This document shows positions 42,825-53,541 of a DNA stretch of 64,000 nt, one piece after another. A model generated the notes under the pieces. That model did no database searches, was not told where the DNA came from, and saw only the letters and a list, made by a program, of their open reading frames with translations. How positions within the stretch are numbered: position 1 is the first letter of the stretch; each line of letters opens with the position of its first letter. The stretch lies in NCBI GenBank assembly GCA_045159875.1, contig CP067995.1, forward strand, positions 1,440,001 through 1,504,000. The letters run 5' to 3'. The position numbers and the translations under genes were made by a program. Source of the DNA: a cyanobacterium endosymbiont of Rhopalodia gibba. GTDB lineage: Bacteria; Cyanobacteriota; Cyanobacteriia; Cyanobacteriales; Microcystaceae.

Positions 42825-43721
42825 CTATTCCAGGTTTTTTTATAAAACAATCATTGTGGTAAACGGCAAGGATGATTTTACAGGGTTTTCACTAAGCAAT
42901 AACCCCACTTTAATTCAAGAATTATTACGTCTAGTTTTCTTTTGTTAATCTTATATTTTTACATGGTATCGGACAAGTTCACTCTATTACTCACCTGAAT
43001 GACAATTTTTACCGCTAGACATTCTATTGACGACATTTTTCCCTACTTCCGTACAACCCAGATCAATGTGGGAATTAGCATAGTTTTCAGCTGACATCGC
43101 TGAGTCACTCATCTGCTCTAATTTCTCAAGTTGACTCCTATAGAAGTACCTGCAACGATATTTCCTGAACTATCTAGGACAACCACTCTAATAGTCTCGT
43201 CCCCGCTTATGAATACAGTTGAGCAATTAATTCCCACATCTTACTTTGAAAGTTTTTTTTACTTTTTGATCCATTCTTTAGGAGATGAAACCTTATGAGG
43301 GGATCATAAATAAAAATCTTGAGTTCTTCGTTCAATCTAACTGAATAGAGATCAGAAAGAATTTTATCACTTTAGAATTATAAAATCTGACTAATTTAAT
43401 GGTATTTTTGAGCCGAGAGACCTTGATTACACCGCTAAATGTTCGTTTAATTCTATCTATTAAGCAAGCATTTATGCGAACTAGTCTATAGAACTGAAAA
43501 ACTGATCTAGTTCCAACATTCATTAAAATAAACTTCATTTTAATGAATGTTGGCAATCTACTAATACTACATCATCTATCGTATTTTCTTATATTGTTGA
43601 ATAGTTGATAGACTGCACTAAAAATACTATGGAGAAGTTGACGAACACTTTCTAAACTTCCTTTATTTGTAAGGAAACTTACACTGCCATGAATCATTAA
43701 TTCAGGTTTAATTGCAGTCAT
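42825..43721 (-). pseudogene. iaaA: Isoaspartyl peptidase / plant-type L-asparaginase pseudogene
   Basis: MTAIKPELMIHGS...KGSLESVRQLLH; NVGTRSVFQ...FSGVIKVSRLKN (cf. NAGTGSVLQ...FSGVINVSRVKN); ETIRVVVLDSSGNIVAGTS; SDSAMSAENYAN; IILAVYHN; many stops and frameshifts. Confidence 0.9.
43513..43553. repeat. 17-bp perfect inverted repeat inside the iaaA pseudogene, 7-nt loop
   Basis: CCAACATTCATTAAAAT-AAACTTC-ATTTTAATGAATGTTGG. Confidence 0.92.
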
Positions 43722-43755
43722 AAGTGAAATTATCAAGTGAGGATTACCATCCTAA

Positions 43756-43899
43756 CTAAAAAATATGCAAACGACAGCGTTTGGAACAATACTTTACATC
43801 ATCCCAACACTTAGCCCACTTTTTACGCCAGGTAAAAGGAAATCCACAAACTGGACAAATTTTTCTCGGTAAATTAGATTTTAAACGTTGACGTACCAT
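43756..43899 (-). CDS. DUF2256 small Cys-rich protein (47 aa), below the ORF-track size cut-off
   Basis: [47 protein letters not shown]; intact CxxC...WRKKW...YCSxRC signature, directly upstream of iaaA. Confidence 0.88.
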   Translation of the reverse strand: MVRQRLKSNLPRKICPVCGFPFTWRKKWAKCWDDVKYCSKRCRLHIF

Positions 43900-46800
43900 A
43901 AATTATGTAATTAATTGACTAATTATTATATTATAATTTTTAAGTCGAGCAATTATCAATTATTAATTATTGTGCTTCTACGACTTATCTATAATAAGAA
44001 CTTTAATTAAACGAATAATAAATTTTTATATGCTCTAAAAAATACTTTTTTCAAGAAAGACAATTACACTGACTTTACTAGTTGTTTGGTAAGTTATATT
44101 GATAATAGTATTTATCGGACTTACTCTAAATTTATTAAGTTTAAATAAAGTTAACTTAAATTTACTAAAAACTTACTTATGAGTCTTTCTAGTATTGAAG
44201 CTGTTGATGATATATAGAACTCTTAGATCAACAAAAAAATAATATTGTTTAATAAAAAATATTAGCAATAATAAAGCTGTAATCGAAGTTTTTATTAATC
44301 AATTATCATTAACAAAAGTTGTAATACTCCAAGTAATTGACTTTTTTTTTAAAAGAACTAAAATAAATTAATTATAAAAATTTTTAAAAAAGATAAAAAA
44401 ATATATTAATAATTAAAAATTAATTAGATAATTTAATTTTTAAATTATTGATTTATACTATAAATATAGCATACTAATATAGTAATAATATATTTTTTTA
44501 AATGAAAATATTTATGTTTTAAATAAAAGTTATACTAATATTTACACAGAATTTAAGCAGCATTTAATCTTGATTAAAAATCAAACTAAAAAATTATCAC
44601 TCTTTATGAAAATTTGAATCAGATATTATTTTCAGAGTCTCTTGAAAGAAGATAATTCCATCACTTTACTCATTAAATTTAAAGTAATTTAGGACGTAAA
44701 TATTAGACAATTTTTTATTCTAATGGTAATGTAACTTGTTTTATTTTTAATTTCCATACACTTACCTGTCTTTTAGAAAAAGAAACTCACGATTATATTT
44801 TTTCCCTGAAATTAAAATCACAATAAACGATTGTTTAGTTAAATATATTTAAGCTTATTTTAATTACAGGTACTGTTTTATTTTGGAATAAAAAAATTAT
44901 GTTTTATGGGCTATTTAAATAAAATTTATAATGCTATACAATAAAAATTATTCTGTAAAATTTGTGTAAACTAATATGATATTTATGTCAATATCCCTGT
45001 AATATAATTTTAGTTTTTATGAAAAAATTACGTCCACTATCTTAGATCAATAAGAAAATATTTAATTATCTATATTGATACTATAGCAGTTATATATTCA
45101 GAAAATATGTACCACTTTATTAGTCAAGCTATTAGAATAGTTGCTCTACTTAAAGTTAATATTAATACTTTTAAAAATATCTAAAAAATATCAAATTGAT
45201 AGTTTACTGCGATATATAGTGCAATTCATACAAAGAAAATTTAGTATAGTATTTCAACTTATTTGTCAAATAAATTGGAATGTTATATTTATAACAGTTA
45301 ATTTCATGGACAAAAAATATTAGACTTTAAATAATTTAAAAGCTAATTTAAAACTACTGTCTTAAAGAATCTAAATGATTTAAATAGACTAGTTGCTTTA
45401 GATATCTTTTTAGTTATCATAGAACTAATTGCAATTTTAACTTACCAAGATTAATATAGTAAAATTAACTAAAAAAAATTTTTTTAAATAAAAAATCAAT
45501 AATCTCAGGTATTTTTTGTTGAGCAGCAAAAAGAATTGCCTCGTATCTCTTTCTCAAGAAAATATATCTTTATCAAAATATTCTAGCTTTAGAAATATAT
45601 TTTGTTAAACTATTAACAATAACAGCAAGTTTTTAAAAAATATGAATCATTATATTTTTTTATCCTTGATATCTACAGGATGTTATAAGATGACTAGAAT
45701 TGGCAAATATTAGATATAAATTATGATTACTCTAAAAAAATTACTTTCATTAAAATGATTGTAATTTTTTTTATTAATTAATAACTATTTTTAGTTGAAC
45801 TTAAAACAGTTTTTATAATTGTTACTTTAGTATTCAATATTATAGCTATAAATTAATTTTTAGCGAACAATAAGATGGGTATTTTTTTTATATTTTTTAT
45901 CATAAAAAAATAAATTTTTAATTAATTAATTCGTTTAATTTATTTAAGTTAAACTTATTTAAAAAATTATTTTACAATCAAATAATTAGTAGTTATTTGA
46001 TGTTAAAAAAATCAAATAAAAATTTAATTTTATAAAAATTTTGTAGTTTATCTAGAACCATAAATTATATTTATAATACTGAAAAATAATTTAATCAATT
46101 GAATTGTAAAGACTCAGATAAAAATAACCAATTATAACACAGTCATTAAATTTATATATAGTTATTTTTATCTAAAAAAAATAATAAATAATAAAGATAG
46201 AATAAAATAAAAAAGGATATATTCAGGTAACTATCATAGCAAAATTATTTAAATAATAACGATTTTGTTATAAATGTAAGTAAAAAAATGCTATCTAAAA
46301 TAGGTTTATTAATCTAAGATATTTTTTGATAAATACTAAACGTTAAATTAGAAAAACTTTAAAATTGCGATAGGTAGTTTATAGATTCAAATTCCAACAT
46401 TATTTTTGCCGAAAACCATGCATAATTATTGCCTACAAAATAAAGATTTATTGTTATTTAGGATCTAAATATAAAAAAAAATTAACCTAAATAACTTTTT
46501 TGGAGAAAAATAAAAAAACATAAGTACTCCACGATTTCATCAAGAAACTTGTTATTTTTTGCTCTTCTTTTTTTTAAAAGAAAATAGTTGATTAGCCCAC
46601 ATGATATTGGAATGATTACTTAAACACATAAAATAATAACAAATGAGTAAGGAATTAAGGAAACTTGATCTAGTAAACAAATAAAGCAAATAGTAGTTAA
46701 TGATCGCTTTATAGTTAATAAATAGTTTTTATAAAATCATTTATAAACCAAGTAAAAAATTATATTTTAAAGAATTTTAAGGAGTAGTTTTTAAAATAAA

Positions 46801-47367
46801 AAACTTAGGTTTTAGTATGATTTTTATTTTAAAAAAATAAAAATAAGATACAATTAAATTAAAAATATTAATAAACTAATTAAAGATTAGAAAAAAAACA
46901 TTAACTATTCTAGAAGAAAAAATAACGAGTAATTTGCTATAAATTAAACTTTCTGTCTAATAAAATAGAATTTAAAATGATATAAACTATTTTCTAGATA
47001 AGTAGGATATCTTTTCTGCAAGAGTGATTTGAGCAAAAAAATATAATTGCGTAGCTCAAGTTATAAAAAATTGATGAAAAGTTGATATAAAATTATAAGA
47101 AAATGTGTTCTTAACTAGCCTCTTTAAAAAAATCAAATGCTTAAACTAATCTCGTTTACTATATTGGTTGTTTATTTCACTGGTATCTGGAAGTTCATCA
47201 AAGATGATAACCAGACTAACTTTAGTCGTCAATTACTTAGGAAGTGAATCTTGAGTTTATTAGGGAAAGTTTTAGTTATCTTTAATCTTTCCTATTGTCA
47301 TAATTTTCAAAAAGCTTTGAAAAAAGACAATAAGTATTGTTAATTATTAACTATGTAATTATTTACT

Positions 47368-48126
47368 ATGAGAAAAATTTGGTTAATTGGAGGGACAAGA
47401 GATAGTGTCACAATTGCTGAATCTATCGTTTCAGAACGACTGACCTGTCTCGTTACTGTAGCTACAGAAAATATCCAAATTTCCTACCCTATGAGTCCCT
47501 ATTTAACTATCAAAACAGGTACTTTAAATCCAGAGAAAATTCGACTCTTATGTCAACAAGAAAAGATTATCGCTATTGTAGATGCTTCTCATCCTTATGC
47601 AGTGCAAATTTCTCGGCAGGCAATCACTGTTTCCCAAGAAGATTATATACCCTATCTTCGCTATGAACGAGCATCCCTTCCTTCCTCTCCTGAAATCATT
47701 ACTCTCGATAATTTTGATACCTTGATTAAGGGTAATTATCTTCAAGGGAAAAGAACTTTGTTAACTGTTGGTTATAAAACATTACCTTTGTTTAAAATTT
47801 GGCAAAATCACGCTGTTTTGTTTGCTCGTGTTCTTCCTAAAATAGAATCATTGGAAATGGCTATAAAAGCAGGCTTTAGCGGTGATCGCTTAATTGCCTT
47901 GCGGCCTCCTATTAGTGCAGAATTAGAACAAGCATTATGGCGACAATGGAATATTTCTTTAGTTGTTACTAAAGCATCGGGAAAAGAGGGAGGAGAGTCA
48001 ATAAAAAGGTTAGTAGCCACTGAATTAGGAGTAAAAATAATTATTATTAAACGCCCCTTAGTTAACTATCCTCAACAAACAGACCAATTATCAGATATTA
48101 TCAAATTTTGTTATCAATATTTTTAG
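47368..48126 (+). CDS. cbiJ: Cobalt-precorrin-6A (precorrin-6x) reductase
   Basis: IWLIGGT, IVDASHPYA, YLRYER, VVTKASG..GG. Confidence 0.93.
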   Translation: MRKIWLIGGTRDSVTIAESIVSERLTCLVTVATENIQISYPMSPYLTIKTGTLNPEKIRLLCQQEKIIAIVDASHPYAVQISRQAITVSQEDYIPYLRYERASLPSSPEIITLDNFDTLIKGNYLQGKRTLLTVGYKTLPLFKIWQNHAVLFARVLPKIESLEMAIKAGFSGDRLIALRPPISAELEQALWRQWNISLVVTKASGKEGGESIKRLVATELGVKIIIIKRPLVNYPQQTDQLSDIIKFCYQYF

Positions 48127-48323
48127 GCTTTACTTCTGTTTAAAACTATCAATAAATTTATTAATAGAAATATATTTAGTAATTATAAAAATACTGCTAT
48201 ATATATAAAATTTTGAGCTAACAGAAATAAATATATCGATTTAAGTTAAAAAATAAATAATTATAGTTGTTTGTTACTTGTTATGGTTATATATAAAAAT
48301 ATCAAAGTTTTTATTATATACTG

Positions 48324-48348
48324 ATTGACTGTTTTAAAAACAGTCAAT
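48324..48348. repeat. 12-bp perfect inverted repeat, 1-nt centre
   Basis: ATTGACTGTTTT-A-AAAACAGTCAAT. Confidence 0.75.
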
Positions 48349-48629
48349 TTTAAATTAATAATTAGATTTGTACAATCTCAGAAGCTTTTTGAAGAAACCC
48401 TCAAAAAAAGTGTAAAAAAATATTGAGCAGAAGAAAAAAGAATCAGAGCAAAACGTTAAAATAACAGTGGAATAGACTAGAGATAATAAATACGGGAATT
48501 ACAGTCTTCTAGAATAGATAAGATACTCGTAATAACTCCATATTTTATAGCTTATTATTTTTTAATAAATCTGTAACAGAAACTCCAAAGTTTTTCCTAG
48601 TGAGAAAATTTGAGGTTTAAAGAAAAGAT

Positions 48630-49610
48630 AACCTGATATAGTACTAGTCCACTAATCTCCCTTAGTAGTGGGATCGTGTGCTACATCAATTAAAGAGATT
48701 GATAACTTAAAACGTAGGGAAGAAAAGGGTGCTGCTGGGATTGTTTTATACTCATTTTTTTAGGAAAAATTATGGTAAGAACTCCTAAAATTTTATGATC
48801 ATCTTACTCACGGTACGATAAGCTTTCTAGAAACGTTAACCTACTTCTCTAAATTAGAAATTTTGTATGTTAACACACATAACTCAATCATATCTGTCAA
48901 GTCAAAGAAATGGTAAAAATTTTTCATCATTGCTATTCCTAATAAATCTACCCTTGGTGGTTGCTTAGATTATGCCAAACAAATTCAACAGGCGCGGACT
49001 GATGTATTAGAATTCGATATCTATTAAGTTTCCACTGATCTAGATATTTTTAGCTATAAAAATAGAACATAATTACCTCGAAATTCTGCTAAATATGCAA
49101 GTAGAAATTAGCATCTTTGTAGTTATTTAAATTGATCTTTATTTCAATAATATGGCTAATATAGTTAAACTACCAGCTTAAGCAGGAGCCGAGACTTGTA
49201 TTGTTTAGTCGCTTTTATCAACTAAATATTAATCCAGAAAACCTAAAAATCTATCCTAAATATATTGTTGAGTATCCTCAGTCCGTACTTCTGCTTATGC
49301 TTTGGATTGCTATTGTCTATTATCATATTGATGCGAACTTAGCCACGACTAGTAGCATTCGTAACACTATAAATTTGCTAAAAGTAGTAATTGCTGGGGC
49401 TAAAATTACTCAAATAGTTGGTGCCTTATTCCGTCATGGGATTAAATATATCAGTACCGTAGAAGAAGGAATATACAAGTTGGATGGGAGAACACAAGGA
49501 TGAGTCCATCCACAAAATGTAAGGAAGTCTCAGTTAATTTTATTGTCCTGACTCTACAGCCTTTGAACAAACTGAGTATATGAAAGCACTACAAACCTAT
49601 GTTCTTGTTT
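48630..49610 (+). pseudogene. Dihydroorotate dehydrogenase-like protein pseudogene, near full length
   Basis: SPLVVGSCA...DNLKR.E..GAAGIVLYSFF*E; HLTHGT.SF.E.LTYF; STLGGCLDYAKQIQQARTDVLEFDIY*VSTD; LVLFSRFYQ; AGAKITQIVGALFRHG; WMGEHKDESIHKM*GSLS*..CPDSTAFEQ.EYMKALQTY. Confidence 0.88.
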
Positions 49611-50524
49611 GGCCGAGGCATTGATAGTTGACTCCAATGCTTTGGAAACAAAACTGGTTAGACTTTTCTCCAATACGAGGGACTGTTCCGAATCGAATAC
49701 AGTCATTTTGGTAGTTGTTAACATGTTTCAACTTAGAAAAAAAATAGAGTTGTGATTCTCAAAAGATAGAGAATATTAGGGTTATGGGATGATGGTAGTG
49801 TCGATACCATCTGCGGTTTAGTCTAGGAGAGAAACTAGAATATTATTTCTATTCCTAAGACTATTGGTAATAGTATTCTTTTTGCCTAATTATTTATTAA
49901 GTTTATCACTACTTACTGTTGAGATTGTTATCTGATAATTATATAATTCAACATTTACTGCCACCAGTGATTAATGAATGATGTTAGTGCAAGGTATGAG
50001 ATGTTGGGCATTTGTACCTTCATAAAGAAATTGGAAGAGTGCTGATATTATTTTTGAATTAACGCTCTGTTTAATTTCGAACATCATCAATGGTTGTTGT
50101 TACCAAGCAGCCTATATTTCAATTCTCTGTCCGTCAATTTATCTTAGTTATCATTACTGAAAAGGTAAAAAACTAACAGTAATAGAAAAAAAGTATATTG
50201 GAGACTATCTAACTCAATAGATTATCAAAAAAATACACTTCTTGTGTAAAAAAAAGGAATAATGTTTTGCCAGCCTATCTATGTTTATCTGCGAGTGAGT
50301 ATGTTAGAAAAGTCCTAATGTATCCTGTTGAGTTCCAGATGTTTATGGTAAAAACGGCGCAATCACCAGGCTAAAGTCCTAGTGATTGGCAAGTGCTAAA
50401 GCCCCAGTGATATTCTTCTTGACGATAAAATATTCCCCTTACTTTATCCTCTGCTCAAATTCTTTGCAAAAAAACTTGATCTCATAGAACATTTTGTCCT
50501 ATAATAATAGTTCGTGAACCACCT

Positions 50525-50611
50525 GGAGAGGTGGCCGAGTGGTTGAAGGCGCAGCACTGGAAATGCTGTTTAAGGGTAACTTTAACGAGGGTTCGAATCC
50601 CTCCCTCTCCG
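50525..50611 (+). tRNA. trnS: tRNA-Ser(GGA)
   Basis: GGAGAGGTGGCCGAGTGGTTGAAGGCGCAGCACTGGAAATGCTG...long variable arm...GGTTCGAATCCCTCCCTCTCCG. Confidence 0.96.
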
Positions 50612-50752
50612 TACATAGAGCTAGTTAAAAATTAAAAGTTAACTATAATTGTTATCTGAATTGCGATTGTGCTGCGCGGGCAGTAGTTGGACCCGGTCGT
50701 TTTCTAAACTCCAATTGCTGTCAGATTGAGTTAGGATGGGATTATAGTATTT

Positions 50753-50990
50753 ATGACTTTATCACTTCATAACTAAAAACTCTTTACGATACGATTAGGA
50801 TTTTATCCTTTGGGTTAAAAAAACGATTGAACAATTAAAATCTGGCAATTTATTCCAAGTTGCTCCAAAAAGTTTAATTAAAGATGTCGGATTTTTAAGA
50901 AAGAGTCGATGCATAGCAGTAAGAAGTTATTCACTAAGTAGATTAACCTAAAAAAGTGGTTAAAAAAGAGAAACAGCTGGATACCAATTC
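50753..50990 (+). pseudogene. DUF29 family protein pseudogene
   Basis: KTLYD / DFILWVKKTIEQLKSGNL...SLIKDVGFLRKSR..AVRSY (cf. LYEQDFYLW...T..QLK.G....D.ENLIEE...LGRS...A..SY); frameshift at a TACGATACGAT duplication. Confidence 0.7.
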
Positions 50991-51184
50991 AGTCTAAAAT
51001 CGAGTCAATATAAAATTTATACAAAAGAACTGGAAAACATCACATTATATAGCTTTATTGATGTTTTTTTTCGAATGTCTGTTTTTTTTCTAAAAATGTC
51101 AGTAGGCTATTAAATAAATAAGGAATTTTAAAACTCTTAAAAATTTGTGTAATAAAAGAAACTCTATTTATTATCTTTCGATAA

Positions 51185-51424
51185 TTACCAAACAGGATCA
51201 GAATAGACATAAATATTTAAAAAATCACTTCCAGAAGGAATTACTCTAATACAGGAACAAACAGGGTTTCCTTCACCTAATTCCACTTCACAAGCATGAC
51301 AAGAACCCATTAAACATCCTGTCGGAATAAACACCTCTGCCCTTTGTGCTACCTCTAATATGAGTTCACCGGGCTGGGCTTCAATAGTGATTTTATCAGG
51401 GAGAAATTGTACTTTAACTGTCAT
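51185..51424 (-). CDS. 2Fe-2S ferredoxin-like protein
   Basis: IPTGCLMGSCHACEVE...CSC; directly downstream of cobQ. Confidence 0.88.
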   Translation of the reverse strand: MTVKVQFLPDKITIEAQPGELILEVAQRAEVFIPTGCLMGSCHACEVELGEGNPVCSCIRVIPSGSDFLNIYVYSDPVW

Positions 51425-51459
51425 AGTTTTTTAAAACTTTAAAATAAACAATCTATTAG

Positions 51460-52944
51460 CTAATTCAATATAGGTTTTATATCAACAAATTCCTCCACTA
51501 AATCAGCTAATATATCAAGGTGGGCATCACGTTGTTCGCAGTAATTACTAATTGCTGTAGGTAGAGGAGATAAACCCCTACGTTGACATAAAAAATTTAA
51601 CCAAGTCCGTCGCCAGACCCCATTATTAAATAGTTCGTGTAAATAACACCCCCAAACAGAATAAGTATCGTTAACAACTCCTAAACTAGAATCATCAAAT
51701 AAAGAATACAAAGTGGTAGCTTCTCTTGTTTCTGGGAATTTAATTAAACAAGTAATTCCTTGGTGAATTTCATACCCTGTTACCATTAAACCAGATTCGG
51801 GATAATTAGATATTACTTGTCGTTGACGGGAAATTTTTTTAGGGGTAATAACTGTTTCCATCGGAAGTAAATCTAAACCTAAACAGAAATCTTGATTGCC
51901 CTCTAATTGTTCAGGATCAAATATCTGTTTTCCTAACATTTGAAACCCACCACAAATTCCAATAACAATCCCTCCCAACTTGATATAATCTAGGATTTTT
52001 TTTGCCATTCCACTTTTATGAAGTTCAATTAAATCAGCGATAGTAGTTTTAGAGCCTGGAATAATTACCGCGTCAGGATAGTTCAAGGAGTCTTGTAGAT
52101 TAAGATATTTTAAATTAACTGTTGGTTCCGCATCTAGAGGATCGAAATCTGTAAAATTCGCAATACGAGGTAAGCGAAGAACATTAATGGTTAACTTCCC
52201 TTTACTATTGAATGACTGCCGATCTAATAAATTCAAAGAATCTTCTGAAGGAAACACAACATCACGCCAGGGAATAACTCCCAAGACAGGAATTCCAGTG
52301 TAATTTTCTAACCAATCAATCCCTGAATCTAATAATGATCGCTGTCCCCGAAACTTATTAATAATAATACCCTTAATTAATGCCCTTTCTTCAGGTTCAA
52401 GAAGTTGTAAGGTTCCTACCACATGGGCAAATGCTCCTCCGCGATCAATATCAACCACCAAAATGGTTGCTGCGTTTAAATAGCGGGCAACTCGCATATT
52501 CGTTAAATCCCGGTGTTTGAGATTTATTTCAGCAGGACTTCCAGCACCTTCACAGACAATCACGTCATATCTTGTTTTTAGACGTTCAAGACAAGACGTA
52601 ATAGTATTCCATCCTTTATCAAAATACTTTTCGTAATATTCAGCCGCATGGGTTGTTCCTATCATTTTCCCCTTGATAATGATTTGGGAAATCATATTGC
52701 CTTGGGGTTTCAGTAAAATAGGATTCATTTCAACTGTAGGGGTTATTCTAGCTGCCCACGCTTGTACAGCTTGGGCATGCCCGATTTCCCCCCCATCAGG
52801 AGTAATATAGGCATTCAATGCCATATTTTGTCCTTTAAATGGGGTAACACGCCATCCTTGACGAACTAAAATTCGACAAATAGCTGCAGTAAGAAAAGAT
52901 TTTCCAGCGTGAGACGTTGTTCCTACCACCATGATAGAGTTCAT
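51460..52944 (-). CDS. cobQ: Cobyric acid synthase
   Basis: GTTSHAGKS, PFKGQNMALN, EGAGSPAEINL, DIDRGG, NFTDFDPL, GICGGFQMLG, GYEIH. Confidence 0.97.
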   Translation of the reverse strand: MNSIMVVGTTSHAGKSFLTAAICRILVRQGWRVTPFKGQNMALNAYITPDGGEIGHAQAVQAWAARITPTVEMNPILLKPQGNMISQIIIKGKMIGTTHAAEYYEKYFDKGWNTITSCLERLKTRYDVIVCEGAGSPAEINLKHRDLTNMRVARYLNAATILVVDIDRGGAFAHVVGTLQLLEPEERALIKGIIINKFRGQRSLLDSGIDWLENYTGIPVLGVIPWRDVVFPSEDSLNLLDRQSFNSKGKLTINVLRLPRIANFTDFDPLDAEPTVNLKYLNLQDSLNYPDAVIIPGSKTTIADLIELHKSGMAKKILDYIKLGGIVIGICGGFQMLGKQIFDPEQLEGNQDFCLGLDLLPMETVITPKKISRQRQVISNYPESGLMVTGYEIHQGITCLIKFPETREATTLYSLFDDSSLGVVNDTYSVWGCYLHELFNNGVWRRTWLNFLCQRRGLSPLPTAISNYCEQRDAHLDILADLVEEFVDIKPILN

Positions 52945-53011
52945 AAATAAGTTGAACCTATATTAAGGACATAAGACTTGTGCTCAGCTACGCCCATGAC
53001 TTTTTGTATCT

Positions 53012-53431
53012 TTAAAATAAGAAAAAACGAAACCAACGGGTTAAGATATTTACGATACAATCCCACCACAAAGCTTGAGACGCTTGTTTTCCTTCACTTT
53101 CCCACTTAGCGATAATTTTTCGTCCTAAGGGGGTTAAACGAAAACTATCAGTAATCCCTTGTCCATCAACTTCCCGTCGTAGAACACCCACAGTAATTAA
53201 CCAGATTAAGTCTCTTTCTGTTTTTTGTTCTGAAAGAAATTTTTGAGTATATCTTTTTTCAACACCGGTGTATCGAGCAATTTTAGATAGAGGAACACTA
53301 TTCTTCCTCATTGCAACAAATAAAGATAACTTAAACGAAGTGCAACATAAGGCACGTTCAGCCCTTTTTAGAGTCTTGTTAGAATACTTGAGGTCTGAGG
53401 GAGTCAGGAGTTGAGTTGAAGAAGCAGTCAT
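53012..53431 (-). CDS. Conserved cyanobacterial protein (Npun_F0494 family)
   Basis: WLI.VGVLRREVDGQGITDSFRLTPLG motif; upstream of cobQ. Confidence 0.8.
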   Translation of the reverse strand: MTASSTQLLTPSDLKYSNKTLKRAERALCCTSFKLSLFVAMRKNSVPLSKIARYTGVEKRYTQKFLSEQKTERDLIWLITVGVLRREVDGQGITDSFRLTPLGRKIIAKWESEGKQASQALWWDCIVNILTRWFRFFLF

Positions 53432-53541
53432 AAAGATTTTTTTGGAAAAAGTCCAACGTCTTTATTATTAAGGGTGTTCAAGGAACATGTAAAACCTTAT
53501 GATCGAAACTAACAAACTTTCAATCTAAGGACTTAGGAACT

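Noticed and set aside
43332..43556. 74-aa minus-strand ORF as a novel small protein
   Set aside because: It is an internal fragment of the iaaA pseudogene.
45141..45323. 60-aa ORF in the AT desert
   Set aside because: I/K/L/F-rich composition expected by chance in very AT-rich DNA; TTG start and no motif.
49201..49503. ORF superficially resembling a serine resolvase (QIVGALFRHGIKYIS..EEGI) or alanine racemase
   Set aside because: Flanking fragments on both sides are collinear with the dihydroorotate-dehydrogenase-like family; it is part of that pseudogene.
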